Origin: an uncultured Candidatus Saccharibacteria bacterium
GTDB lineage: Bacteria > Patescibacteriota > Minisyncoccia > Phycocordibacterales > UBA2100
DNA length: 64,000 nucleotides
NCBI GenBank assembly: GCA_964648335.1
Contig: CAZYLZ010000001.1
Location: 93,449 to 157,448 of the forward strand
Direction of reading: 5' to 3'
The notes below the pieces were generated by a model, which made no database searches, had not been told where the DNA came from, and worked only from the letters and a program-made list of their open reading frames with translations. Below are positions 1 to 15,000 of this stretch, one piece after another (position 1 is the first letter of the stretch; every line of letters starts with the position of its first letter). A program made the translations under genes and the position numbers.

Positions 1-3000
1 GGTACTTCACGAGTGAACTCGAAGAAGTCGGTGCGTGGAGGGATCTCTCTGATGTCCGCGTAGTAGTCGAATACGACCGCGGAACCAACAACACCGCCCC
101 TGCCGAGATCTATCTCGACAGTGCCTGGGTGAGTGTCAGTTACAAAGATCGCGTCCAAGGACTTGTCCCGAAAGATGCGGAGGATGTATCGAGCGACGCG
201 CCGGCAAATGTCGCGTTCGAACTGACAGAACCGGAAGACAAGTCGAGCCAGATGCTCTCGCCGGACGGCAAGGACATCCTGTTCCCGTTCGTCGATTCGC
301 TTGACGATACCGGACTCGTGATCCGCGCCGACAAGGATACCTACGATGTTGGGGATGGCGTCGATTCGGTAGCCTACGTAAGTATCACGAACACAAAGAG
401 CGATACAGATTTGTTCGATCTGTATACGGCATTTGCCGAGAACGGTGGCAGTGTGAAGGAAATCGCGCAGTTCTTGCGCAACGTCCCAGAAGTCACCGAA
501 GTCCCGCTCTACGATGATGTAACCTACTTTTGCGAAGGCGGGTGGACGAAAGGATCAGGCGGGATCACCTACGACTGTGCGACCAGTTCCGACTCCAAGC
601 AGTGTTCATGGCTCAGCGAGACGCGAGAGAACTGCCAGGTAAACAACGTCGTCGTCTCGTCGGAGAAGACCACTGATTACAAGAACGCGTGGGTTCCTAT
701 CGAGCTAACTCGCGACGAAACGGCGACGAACAGGTTCTCCACAGGTGCCGGCGCTTTCAAGGCACAGACCGTGACGAAGAGCCTGGTCGAGATCCTCCCT
801 GGGCAAACGGTCTATTTCCGTGTGTCGCTCTCGGGTACCGATGACGGCAAGCACCCTTTCAAGCTCGTGGCGCAAGGCGTATCGGGCTACGGAGACCTCG
901 ACATGACTATGCTCAAGGCAGAATCTTCTCTTGAAGGTGCGCAGGCAACAGGGGTAGCTGCACTGCAGTCCCATGTAAACGAGCAACTTTCGGGACGTAA
1001 GACGTTTGACGGAGACGAGCTGCCCGAGTTCAAGTTCAAGTTCACGTCACAGCGAAATTTCTTCATGCGCTCGATACTCACCTTGGCCCGACGCAATACG
1101 TTCAAAGCAACGGCACAGGTGCGACACGAAAGTGGAGAGATCGAAGATGTCCCTGCAGAAATCCAGTATGGCAAAGATGGCGAATGGACATTGTCGCTCA
1201 CTGAGCATCCGCGCGCCTTCCGTCCGGGAAAGTATTCGATCGAGATTGCAATCAAGGAGGGGTCGCAGACCTACACCGATACGGCGGATTTCTACTGGGG
1301 CGTGCTCGCGATCAATACTGACAAGTCCGCATACCAACCTGGCGACCAGGTGAATCTCATGATGGCAGCACTCGACGATCGTGGTGACACCATCTGCGAT
1401 GCTGATCTTGTCCTGTCTGTGCTCGCGCCGGATGGAGCCTTGAGCGATATACCGGTGCAACGATCAGGGCTCTGTGCGAAGAATAACGTCGTCGACGTCG
1501 CCGACTACCTCGCGACGACGACCGTTGCCCAGACCGGCGTGTATGGAATCGATCTGGCCGAATACGATGCAGACGGCACCGTCGTTCATCGCACGACCGA
1601 TTCGTTTAAGGTAGAAGAGAAATCCCCGTTCGTGATCTCGCGCAAGGGCGCAACGCGTATCTATCCAGTCTCGAGCTATTCGATGGACATAAACGTCACG
1701 GTCGCGATGGACTTTGAAGGAGAGTTCATCGAATCTGTACCATCCGACTTCGAAGTGCTCGACCGTGATGGTGCCGAGATTCGCATGTACGGCTCGGCGA
1801 AGAATCTTGCGTGGCCTTTGAAACTCAAGGAAGGCGAGACGGCGCATTTCCGGTATATCTACGATGCACCTGACATTTCACCGTATCTGTATGCGGTGGG
1901 ACCTGCCGAGATCCGCGCTTCCGCGGGAATCCCGTTTTCCGAAGGAAAACAGTGGAAGCTCGCTTCCGATGCTACCGGCAATATGCTCTTGTACTGGGAT
2001 CAGCCGTACATCCCGACGGGCTGGACGTGCGTATCGTGTTTTGTGACCGATTCGTTTTACCAACGATTCGTCATGGGTTCGTCAACCGCAGGTACTAACG
2101 GCGGTGCTGCGACACATACGCCGACGGCAACCGGCGCTGTCATCGCATCGGCTGGATCGCAGGGGGTAGACACAAACAATCAGGCAACGCCGGTAGTAGC
2201 ACACACGCATACGTACACGCCGACCATTGCCGCTGCAAGCAACCTTCCGGTCTATCGCCAGCTCGCCATAATCCAATCGAATACAGTCGGCGAGCCAACT
2301 TCCATACCAGCGGGTGCGATCGCGATGTTTGACGCAGCTGTTCCAAGCGGGTGGACCCGTTACGCGGCACAGGACGGGGCGTTCGTCCGATCGGAAAGCA
2401 CCAGCACGGCAGGGGTCGCGGCCGGCTCAAATACACATACACACGCGATCAGCGGCAACACGGGCGCAGCTGCAACGACGGCCAACATACGTAACCCAGG
2501 AACCAGCGTTACAGTAGCAGCTGCCGCCCATACGCACTCCGTGAGCACAACCACGGTGAGTATCAGCAACACCCCTCCGTACGTCGAGACTATTTTTGGA
2601 AAGATCACAGCAACGTCGTCTCCGACGAACGCGATGATCGCCATGTGGAGCGGCGACCCTTCGGCAGGATGGACGACGGTCTCGAGTTCTTCGGAAACGT
2701 ATGCCAACAAGTTTCCACTCGCATCGACAACGTATGGTGCAACTGGCGGCGCAAGTACGCATACGCACACTAACATCACCGGGATCACATCGGGTGCGCC
2801 AAGCGCTACCATCGCGCGAGACTCTACTCCTGCGACGACGAACGTAGCGACGGCCGCACATACACACGCCGTGAACGTCACGTTCACGTCGGTCGATTCG
2901 AATCTTCCGCCGTATCGTACAGCGGTCTTCGCCAAGCGCGTGGGCGGTGCAGCGCCAAATGGTCCGACATTGCACGACGTCCTGTTCGATAGCGAAAAGA

Positions 3001-6000
3001 CCGGTACCTCTACACCAACCTTCACGTTCACTGCAAGCGATCCAGACGGCAGCGATACGCTCGTCTATCAGTTCCAGTGGGACGATGATTCCGATCTGAA
3101 TACGTCGCCTCTTGGTGACCGGACATCGGACGTCGAGACCGGCTGCTCGCCGAACTGCTTCTCAAACACCGTCACACCTTCCAATACCTCGCCCTTCAAC
3201 GAGGCCGAAAAGATACAATTCGCGATACAGACGCCGCTCGTTTCCGGCACTACGTACTATTGGCGCGTGCGTGCCAAAGAGAGCGGCGGCGGGGGTACCT
3301 GGGGATCGTGGGCGACGACGACGAGCTTCACCTATGTCGCCAATACTGCACCGTCGCAGTGGTATCAGACCGAAGATGGACAGTTCGATTCTGATACGAA
3401 ATCGAGTGTTGAAACATTCGGTTCCAATAGCGCTCGGCTCGCACTCAATGCGCCGACAGAGGCGCTTATCGCCTACGGCGAGGGTACCGTCCAGACGCCG
3501 CGATATCGCCTTTGGAACGGAACATCGTGGGGAAGTGAACTTTCGGCACAGAGCGTCGGCGGAACTATACGATGGGTGGTGACCAAGGCCGCTCCGACGC
3601 GCAACGAATATGTGCTTGCGACGCTCGATGACGTCAACGACATCAACGTGCAGGTGTATGACGGTGGTGCCGGTACTTGGGGTAACCTTTGGGAAGTAAC
3701 GACGGGTGCTTCGAACTCTCTCCGGAGAGGCGTCGATGTGGCATACGAGTCGCAATCGGGCGACGCCATTGCCGTCTATTGCGATGGCGACGCCGACCCG
3801 GCCTATTACGTCTGGAACGGCACATCATGGACGTTCGGGGGTACTATCGATATCACAAGTGCGAACAATTGCGAATATATTCAGCTTGCATCCGACCCTA
3901 TCTCCGATGAGATCATGCTCATCGAACGCGATACCGGCGCGGCATATGAGGCCCAAGTGTGGAACGGATCCTCGTGGGGGAACTCGAAGGTGATGGGATC
4001 GATGACGGACGTCATTCACGAAGGTATCGCGATACAGTACGAGGAGTCGGGAAATCAGGCGATGGTGCTCACATCCAACGGCAACACCTCGGGATTCCTG
4101 TGGAATACCTGGGACGGTTCGTCGTGGGGCGTGAACACGACCAAAGCACTCGGCGACGACTTCGAGTGGGGTCGGCTCCGTGCTGATGTCGGCAGCGACA
4201 AGCTGTCGCTCTGCTATATCGATAACGATTCCGATACCGGAGTTGTTGAGTGGGATGGTAACGCATGGGGTGCCTTTGCAGCCGCTACCAACGAACGCGA
4301 GACTGCAAGTAATGGCTTCGACGGACGCCCCGAAGACTGCGCCTACGAGACGACCGCGGGGCGTGATGGGTATCTCATGCTTTCGTATTCTGATACTACC
4401 AATGGCCGCTACCAATACTATGATGGCGCGAGCTGGACCGCAGAGGCGAGCCTCAGTACCGCGCAAGACTCCTGGACGGTGGGGAGTGTGCGCACGGGTG
4501 ACGGGATCATACTCTCGATGTTCCAGAACGACGCCGATGGACGCTATGACGTTTCGTCATGGAACGGTGCTTCGTGGTCGGCGCTCCAGACGGTCGAGAC
4601 GGTCCAATCGGTGACCGTCACACCGTTCTTGCAACCGATCGACATGGCGGCGAAGATATATCGCGCAGGATCGGGCTCGATCACGAGCGGTACCATCGAT
4701 TTTGACTCGGTGCCGGGGCGCTCGTCGTGGGGCGACGTCATCTGGCACACGACCGAACCGTCCGGAACCGACGTGAAGATGCAGGTGATGTACGAATCGG
4801 CCGGCACTTGTTCTACCTTAGTGCCTGACGGCACTTTGCCGGGAAACAGTACTGGATTCGATGTAAGCTCGAGTCCCTTGAATCTCTCGGGTCTCTCGAC
4901 CTCGACCTATAACCGCATCTGTCTCAAGTCGACCTTGAGCACCGGAAACCTATCGCAGCCGGCGCTCGATGACTGGACCGTAACCTGGGAGCGACAACCA
5001 TACCTGACCCAGACGCACTTCCGTTGGTACGTAAACGCGACAACCACCTATAACCCGAGCGATCCGTGGCCGGCAGGAACGACGACTGATGCCGTCGAAG
5101 ACGCATCGATCAGCGGGTTGTCGTCGCCGATACCCAACGACATCTTGCGCCTGCGTGTGGGGATATCTGCAGCAAACGTCGCGCTCGGTACAAGCGATCA
5201 GCTCTTCAGATTGCAGTATGCGCAAAGCTCGACGTGCTCGAGCGCGACGAGTTGGATGGATGTAGGCGCGATTGGATCGACGACGGCGAAATGGCGCGGT
5301 GTCGACAACACGTCACTTACAGACGGAACCACACTTACAACGCCTCTGTTGCTTACCGCAGACGTAGGAGAGTCGTACGAGGAAGAGAACGATACGGTGT
5401 TGAATCCGAACTCGATTTCCGTCGGGAATGAAGGTGAATGGGATTGGGTGCTACAGCACAACGCATCAAGCTCCGAGGCCTACTGTTTCCGCATGATTAC
5501 GTCGGGAGGCGAAGTGCTCGATCAGTACGACAACTACCCGACCCTGATCACTAATAATTCTCCTGCGGCACCTTTGCAGGACGTACCGTTCGATAACCAG
5601 GTGGCGTCCTCTACGACACCATGGTTCGACTTTGCAGCCGAGGACCCCGAGTCGGATGACATTACCTATCAGGTACAGATCGACGACGATTCCGCGTTCG
5701 GGTCTATTAACCTCGATCGCAACTCGCAATCGAACCTCAACGATTTCAATAACATAGTCACGCCAGCCGACAAGGACCCGTTCAACTCGGGCCAGATGAT
5801 ACGGTTCATCCCAGCCACTGCACTCACCGACGGCGTCACCTATTACTGGCGCGTGCGCGCGAAGGATCGAAATAAATCAAACGAATGGAGCGCGTGGTCA
5901 GACGTGCGCTCGCTGACTATCGATACTTCGATCATCATCACAACCTGGAAAGAGACAACGCTCTATCAGTTTGCTAACGACACACTCGAAGATTCCGAAG

Positions 6001-9000
6001 CAACCTCTACCAACGACGTCGTCATTACGCCGCCCTTGGTAAACGCTACGACGACGGGCACGCTCATCGACTACGACTGGAAGAATATGGGCAACGCTTG
6101 GGGCGAGCTTTCGTGGACCGACGACGAGAGTGTCGGCGACATCAAATACCATATCGAGTACTTTGACGGGACTTCATGGGCGCTCATCCCCGACTCGGAT
6201 CTCGCGGGCAACGCCTCTGGTTACGACACCTCACCGGTTTCACTCTTGGGCGTGAGTCCGACGGCGTACAACCAGATCCGCGTGAGAGCCGACATGACGA
6301 ACGTCGGCGGCACGCCGCGCTTGCAGGACTGGACCATCAAGTGGGGTATTGGAGTACCGCAACCGACGTTGACCGCGCCGTTCGATAACGAGAAGGTCTC
6401 GACCACGACGCCCTACTTCAAATTCTCGTCGACTGATCCGGAGAATAATGACCTTATCTATCAATTCTCATATTCGTCGAGCCCCTTGTTCACGTCGTCG
6501 ACCACGCGCTCGTCGGACATCGATACCGGTTTCGAGAATTTCGCATCCTCTTCCGATATATCGCCGTTTGCAAGCGGGAGTACCACAAAATACACCCTGC
6601 CATTCGCGAGTCCCTTGACGAACGGAAACACCTACTGGTGGCGTGCCCGTGCACGTGACCCGTCGGGAGGAAACGCGTGGTCGCCGTGGTCAGACGCATA
6701 TAGCCTCACCGTTGACACTGCCGTCATCGTTTCGACATGGTTCCAGAGCACGACCGAGCAGTTTGACACCGATACCTTGAACGACACTGAAGCAAACAGC
6801 GGTACGGCACGAATCGCTGCGACGAACCGAGAAGCGATGGTGGCGTATGCTGAGACGACGGTGCAGACACCTCGTTTCAAGTTTTGGAACGGTATCTCGT
6901 GGGGCTCTAAGCTCAGCGGTGTCTCGGTGGGTGACACGATCCGTTTCGTAGAAGCAGCAGCAGCACCGACTCGTGACGAGTATGCGATAGCGACTCAAGG
7001 AGCGACCGGCGGCGTGAACGTGCAGATCGTCAATGGAACTACCGATGCAGCTGGAAACAAGGTGAATATGGTTCCCGCTGTCACAGGACTCACGCAGCGC
7101 GGTGTGGATGTCACCTACGAAACGATCTCGGGCGACGCAATGGTAGTGTCGTGCAGCGGTACGCAAGCGGTGTACCGTACTTGGAACGGATCCGCGTGGA
7201 GTGCCACCTCGAGTATCACGCTTGCCATCGCAACAAACTGCCAGTGGGTCAAGCTCGCTGCAGACCCGATTTCGGACGAGATAATCTTGGTCGTGCGCGA
7301 CCAGACGACTGGGACGGTCGACTACGAAGCGCTAGTCTGGAATGGCTCATCGTGGGGTAACCCGCGATTCATCGGATCGCAGGTGACCGTGAACGACGAA
7401 GGTATCGCTGTCGAATACGAAGAATCGGGAGACCAAGCTGTCGTTGCAGTCTCGGACGGTGTCAACAACGACTTTGCATGGACCACATGGAACGGGAGTG
7501 CATGGTCGGCTACTTCGACGCGCGCGATCGGGAACGACTTTGCCGGAGGACGCATCAAGCGCGATACCGGATCTGACAACATGGTCATGTGCTACATCGA
7601 CATCGATAGCGATATCGGCATATCACGATGGGACGGCTCCACCTTTCTTGCATTCCAGGAGTTCGAGACCTTAGGCAACAGCTTGAACGGCCGTCCCCAG
7701 TCGTGCGAATTCGAGACGACGGCGGGTCGGGACGGATACATCATAGGACCATACACAAACACAACTATTGGTAACTATGTGGTCTGGGACGGCGCGTCAC
7801 TTACTGGACCGTTTGCTCTGTCGACCTTGCCGGACTCATGGGAAGTCAGATCGGTGAGAACTGATGATGGCAACATCCTTGTGGCCGCATACAACGACGC
7901 CGATACCGAATACGACTTCTCATATTGGAACGGGACGACATGGTCGGCACTGGAGGTCCTGGACGCCAACTCGATAACTACCGTCGTACCTGCAACGATA
8001 CCGATCGACATTGTCGCTCGTAAGTATCCCGAAGTGGTTTCTGGAAATGTGGCATCCACGCCGATCGTTTTCACGAGTGGTCTCGGTCCGAAGTGGGGAT
8101 CGATCTCGTACAGCAAATCGACACCCGGATTGAGTACCTTCAATCTGCAAGTCGAATACCTTACCTCGACCTCGTCGTGGGCGCTTATTCCTGATGCCGA
8201 CCTTTCGGGAAACTCTACCGGTACCACGACTTCGCCCGTCGATATCTCGAACCTCAATTACACGACGTACGGCACACTGCGACTCAAGGCTAACCTCGCC
8301 TGCGCCGGTGTGAACTGTCCTACCCTGAATGATTGGACCTTGGCGTGGTCGGAGGGTGTGCACGTGACCGGTACTGCCAAGCAGTTCGACCAGACGACAA
8401 ACGTCACGAGCGGCACTGCGCAGGTCGCGGTCAATGGCGCGATCCAAGCAGGGAAGACGGCGACGATCTCGGGAGGCACGTTCGATATACCGAACGTCAC
8501 GGCTTTCACTGGGGATATCATCACCGTATTCATTAACGGCGCCAACGATGCCAACGAGGCCGTCGCGATCACGAAGTATGACGGTGTCGGCGACATGACC
8601 GGCCTCAAGCTTTACGAACGGCATCTGACGCTCGGATCGGCCGATAACCCGACACTTACCAACACAGATATCGGTATCTTCGACAACACGGTTTCTGGCG
8701 ACGAAGATATCTTCTACGACGTAGATGCCGGAAACGACCTGAACCTCTGCTCCATAACCGGCTGCTTCAACTCTCGGCTCCTCGTGCAGTCGGGAACCAC
8801 ATACCGGCCGGACAGTTCTTCGAGTGGAAACGTGACGGCCCGCAACCTGCAGATCGACGGAACGCTCGTCGCCGACGGCAACTCGTTCTTCATTTCGGGC
8901 TCCTGGAAGAACAACTCGATATTCACGGCCAACACTTCGACGGTAGTCTTTACCGCGACGAGCACCTCGGAAACGGTTGATTCGATCTCGGCCGCGACGA

Positions 9001-12000
9001 GTACTTTCTACGCCGTCACCTTCGGGCAGACGTCGGGAACCGCTACCTGGACCTTGTCGAGCGACCTGCTCGCATCGAGCACCGTTTCGGTGAACTTTGG
9101 AACACTTGCGCAGAGTAACCGTGCGATCATGCTCTCGAGCAATCTCTCGTTCGGCGCAAGTGGTGCCTTTACGAAGGGGACTGGTACGACCACCTTCATG
9201 GGCTCTGGGTCGAACACCTGGACCGATAATACGGTCGCGAAGCAGGACTTAGGTGAAGTTATGATCGACGGGTCCGCAAAGACGATCGCGCTCGGCTCAG
9301 GCGTAAGGGCCACGAACATCACAATAGGATCCGACGATATTTTGACGGCTGGAACGAGCTTCTCAATAGACGTGGTCGGCAATTGGATAAACAACAATAT
9401 CTTTACGGCACAGACGGGAACGGTCAACTTCGTGTCGACCACGGCGGGACGGACGATCACGCAGGGCTCGTCGAACTTCTACAACCTCACATTTAACGGC
9501 GTCGCAGGAAACTGGGCGTTTACCGGCGCGAATCTTGGCGTCGACAACAACTTCACCATCTCGACCGGAACGGTGGCGATGCCGACCGGCACAACGACCG
9601 TTGCCGGCAGCTTCGATACCAACGGCGGCACATTCATGCACAACAACGGCGTAGTCCTCCTGACTGCTTCGGGAGCGAAAACGGTGCGTCCGGGTGCCTC
9701 GAGCTTCTACGATCTCACCTTTAACGGATCGGGATCGTGGACGTTCGTCGATGCCAACGCAACGACGTCGCGCAACACCTTCCTCCTTGCGGGTACACTG
9801 ACAGCGCCATCGGGAACTTTGGCTATCGGGGGGTCGTTTGCGAGAAATGGCGGTACCTTCACACACAACAGCGGCACGCTCAAATTTACGGCAGCAAGTT
9901 CAAAGACGATACGACTCAACGGTCAGAATGCCTCGAACATCACCTTCGATGGTGTCGGGGGCGCGTGGTCTTTCGTCGATACGTTCGCGACCACGACCGG
10001 ATCGGTCACAATACTGAACGGATATCCATCACTCGCTTCGAGCACGCTCGCCGTCGGCGGTTCTTTCGACTCTGCCGCCGGCACGTTTAATCACGCATCC
10101 GGTACGGTCCGCTTCTTCGCGACCGCTGCAGGCAAGACGATTGCGCCGGGTACCTCATCATTCGCGAACCTGGTGTTTGACAGTACAAGCGGCGGATGGA
10201 CCATTACCGGGAATGCAACTACGACGGCATCGACGACGATCACGAACGCATCGTCCTTGACTCTCTCGTCGGGCAGATCGCTCGAGGTGAAAGGAGGATT
10301 CACCAACGCGGTCGGCGGCGCCAATACCACCTGGACCGGGTCGACACTCTACCTCAATTCGGGTACGAGCTACTCTCTAAATACAAAAACGACCGGCGGA
10401 GACGTATATGGCACCCTCTTGGTGGGCACCAACACTAATATCCGTTCATGGAATTCGGATGCAGGCACGACGACGACGCTTACCGGCGCCTCGGTCTACT
10501 CGCAGGACAACAACGCAGTCGATGGTTCACTGTCGATCTATGGTACCTACGTACGTTCGAGCGGGACGGACTATTGGAGCTATGCGACGGATTTCGACGG
10601 AGTCGCGCTCGGAGGGTCGTCACGCCAGGTTACGGTACGTGTTGCGACAAGTTCCACGATGACCTTCTCGGGAGGTGCACTCAATATAGTGGGAGCTGCG
10701 GGAGCGACCACGACGGTCCGTACAAGCGGCTCTACAGGAACCTACGGCTTTGCAGTCTCTGGTGGAAGCTTGAATGCGAGTTTCTACCGCGTGCAAAACA
10801 CGGATGCAAGCGGTCTCTCCCTGTCGGGCACGCCGACAGTGACTTCGCTTGCCGATGGCGACTTCGAGCTCTCGACTAACAGCGGTTCTTTGATCACGGT
10901 GGCAAGCACTGTCATCGACGCTAATCCGCTCGCGGAATTCCAGAGAGTCCGATTCGCGACCACAACCGGAATCACGGCGGGCTTCAACGTGACCGAAACA
11001 GGAACGCCGTCGTCGTATTGGTGGTTCCGCAGCCACTACGGCAACTTTGCCGGGGAGAGCTACGACAATGATCCAGGAGGGGACCCTGGTCACATACACT
11101 GGGACGACTCGGGCTTCACGATATCGGTGGCAGGTACCGTCTATACGGACGAAGGCGTCACTCATGCGACGAATCCGCTGTGCGACGGATCGACACCAGT
11201 GGTGAAGCTTGTCGTAAGCGGTGCTGCAAGCTACACGGCAAGCTGTGCTTCTGGATCAGGGGCGTACTTGATGCCTGCGGTGCAGTTTAGCGGGGATGCG
11301 GTATTCACGGTATTTCTCGATACCAATGGCGGCACGCGTGCCGCGACCGTAACGCGGACTCCAAGCATCAATCTTACCGGCCTCGACCTCTATCAGAATG
11401 CCCTCGTCGTCCGACACGAAGGATCCTCTGCGCTTACCATTGCGAATCTTGCGCTCTACGATTCGAGCGACGACTCCGACATTGCCTACACTGCTACGAC
11501 AGGATCGCCGGACGCTCTGGTGCTCGAGCCCGACAATGAGCTCTATGTCCTCACCGGAAAGACCTTCGCACCGGGCGGCAATGTCACCTTGACGAGCGGC
11601 GGATCAGGAACGAACCGCGATGCGCGCCTCTTCGTCGCGACGAGCTCCGTGTATGCTGCATCCACGACCGAATCACATTCGATCGGCGGTAACCTGGTCG
11701 TCTCGGGAAGCTCGACGTTCACTACCGCCTCAACCACTTTCACATTTACCGCGACAACCACCGGAAAGTCGATCTATACCGCACAGCCGATTACGTTCCA
11801 TGATGCGACATTCAACGGGTCGGGCGCCAACTGGAACTTCGTAAGCGCGACGACATCGACCACGACCATATCGCACGCACTTACGATAACTGCTGGAACG
11901 ATCTCGGGTACGAGCGACATCAAGGTCTCGACGGGAGGCATCTCGGGCTCGGGCACCGTCGCCATGACCGGGGGCACGGTCCGGCTCGAAGGAACGGGCA

Positions 12001-15000
12001 GTTTCGGCAATGGAACAGCCTGGCAGTTCTTCAACCTGATAGCTGGCAACGGGTCCGGATCGGGCACGATAACTAAAAGCGGTGCCGGTACGACTACCAT
12101 AAGTAATGTACTCACCGTCGCGACAAACGAAGCGCTCCAAGCAGGATCATCGGACTGGGTACTTAGTAAGGGCGGGACGCCGTTCATAGTCAACGGTCTG
12201 TTCACCGTGCAGACCGCGCCGTTCTACTACACGGCGACCACCTCGACTTCGGTGAAGGCGACGACCTATGCGGCATTGACGCTTGCTCCTGCTGCCGCAG
12301 GCACGCCAACCTTCACACTCTTGGGCGGAACGCTCTCCGCCACCAACTTGACGATCGGCGGGGCCAATCCGGTGACAGTGACTGCCGACACGAACGATCC
12401 ATCGCTTTCGATCACCGGAGACGTTACTATCGGTTCGAGCTCTACACTCATCGCATCGAATGTCGGCGCCTTCGATGTCGGTGGCAGCTGGACGAACTCG
12501 GGTGTTTTCACGCACTCGAGCAACACGGTTCGCTTCAATGGAAGTGCGGTAGGCAAGACCATCACACCAGGATCGTCCTCGTTCTACAATCTGACCATCG
12601 ATGGTCCATCCGGAGGCTGGACGATAAACGGCAACGCGACTTCGACCAACAACACAACTCTCACCAACGCCACCAGCTTTACCGTTTCGCCGAATGTATC
12701 CTTGGCGGTCTTGGGTACGTTCACGAATTCCGTGGGAGGCTCGAGCACGACCTGGGCGACCTCGACGCTCTTCCTCAACTCGGGCACGAGCTACTCTCTG
12801 AATACTAAGACGGCCGCGACCGAGGTGTACGGCACACTAGTAGTAGGTGCCAATACCGATATCCGCATGTGGAACTCGTCGGCTGCAACGACCAGCGTCA
12901 ACGCGACCGGCTCTCTTTACTCGCAAGACCACGCTGCGGTCGACGGAAGCCTCTATATCTGGGGCGAGTACATACGTAGTTCGGGATCGGACTACTGGAG
13001 CTATGCCACCGACTTCGATGGAACATCGCTCGGCGGCTCATCGCGCCAGGTGAACGTGCGCGTGGCCACGAGCTCTTCGATATCGATGACGGCGGGCGTG
13101 CTCGACATCATCGGTGCCCCCACTGCTTCGACGACCATCCAAGTACAAAGCACAGGCAATTACTCGTTCGGTGTCTCAGGAGGCACCTTGAATGCGAGTT
13201 ACTACGTCTTGAGAGACACCGATGCTAATGGCCTCAACCTCACTGGTTCTCCCACTATCACCTCTTTGTCGCGCGGAGACTTCTTGCTCGGGGTCAATGG
13301 CGGCACGACGATGACAGTCGCCGGAAGCGTCATAACGACGAACCCGCTCAAGATTATGCTCGGAAACAAATTCGCGACCTCGACAGGAATCACCTCGGGA
13401 TCGAACGTGAAGGTGACTGGCACAACCGGATCGTTCTGGAAGTTCAACCTGCACTACGGCGCCCTCGGCGGAGAGTCGTATGACGACGATCCGGGAGGGA
13501 ATCCGGGCTATGTGCGCTGGGACGACAGTGACGGCAACATCGTCATCGCAGGTACCGTTTATTCAGACGAAGGGTCGACAGTAAGTACTGTATGCGACAA
13601 CTCGACGCAGGTAGTGCATCTCATGGTCGAGGCCGCAGGCAGCTATACCGGATCGTGCAATAGCTTGACAGGCGCCTACACGATTTCGAATGTGTCGTAT
13701 AACCCGGGTGACAACCTTACTGTGTACCTCGATACGAACGGCGGACGTCGCGGTGCCAATATCAGTACCGATCCGAGCGTTAGTATCTCAGGCATGGACA
13801 TCTATGAGAATCGCGTCATCGTCCGCCACGAAGATACTGCGCCGCTTACCATCGCTGACATGGCCATATTCGACCACGACAGCGACTCGGACATACCATT
13901 TAACGCGACCGATGCCGGATCGGACACACTGGTAGTCGAACCGGATACCAAACTCATCGTCTGGACGGGTAAGACATTCGCACCGGCAGGCGACATCACC
14001 CTGCAATCCGGCGGATCCGGAAATGTCTGGGACGGATCGCTCCAGCTATTCAATAACGCGGTCTTCTCTTCTTCGGGAACGCAGTCGCACACGATTGGCG
14101 GAAATCTGACGGTAGGTACTGGTGCAAGTCTCCAAGCGGCAAGTACGACCTTTACCTTTACTGCTACGACTACCGGCAAGACAATCACGCCGAACGGCTC
14201 GAGCTTCTACAACCTCGTGTTCAACGGCTCGGGTGGAAACTGGGCGTTCTCGAACTCGACCGCGACCACGTCGAACGACTTCACAATCACGACCGGTACC
14301 GTCACCTTGCCGACGGCGACCACAACCGTAGGCGGTTCGTTCCAGAACAACGGCGGAACCTTCATGCATAACAATGGCGCGGTCGTCATGAGCTCGACGG
14401 CCTCTGGAAAGACCGTCAAAGCAGGAACAAACAATCCGTTCTACACCCTTGCCTTCAATGGCGTCGGGGGCGCATGGACCATGACCGACACGAACGCGAC
14501 GTCTTCGAACAATTTCACGATAACCAACGGAAGCGTCACCGCGCCGACAGGGGTCCTGGCAGTGGGCGGCTCGTTCCAAAATGCTGGCACGTATACCAAC
14601 AGCAGCGGAACACTCAAGCTCACTGCCGTAGCGGTCGGTAAGATCCTGCAGACCGGATCGTCGAATCTCTACAACCTCGTCGTAAACGGATCGGGCGGTG
14701 CTTGGACATGGAGCGACACGAACGCGACGACAACGAACACCGTAACTATCTCAAGCGGTACACTCACACTTCCTGCGGGAACGCTCGCAGTCTTAGGTTC
14801 GTACGATTCGACCGGCGGGGCATTCACGCCAGGAACCGGAACGGTCCGATTTGCGGCGACCGCGACTGGAAAGACCGTCACGCCGAGCTCCTCTTCGTTC
14901 TACAACCTCGTATTCGACTCTGCGACCGGAGGATGGACCATCACGGGAAATGCGACCTCGACCAATAACACATCCATACTCAATGCATCCAACTTCACAC

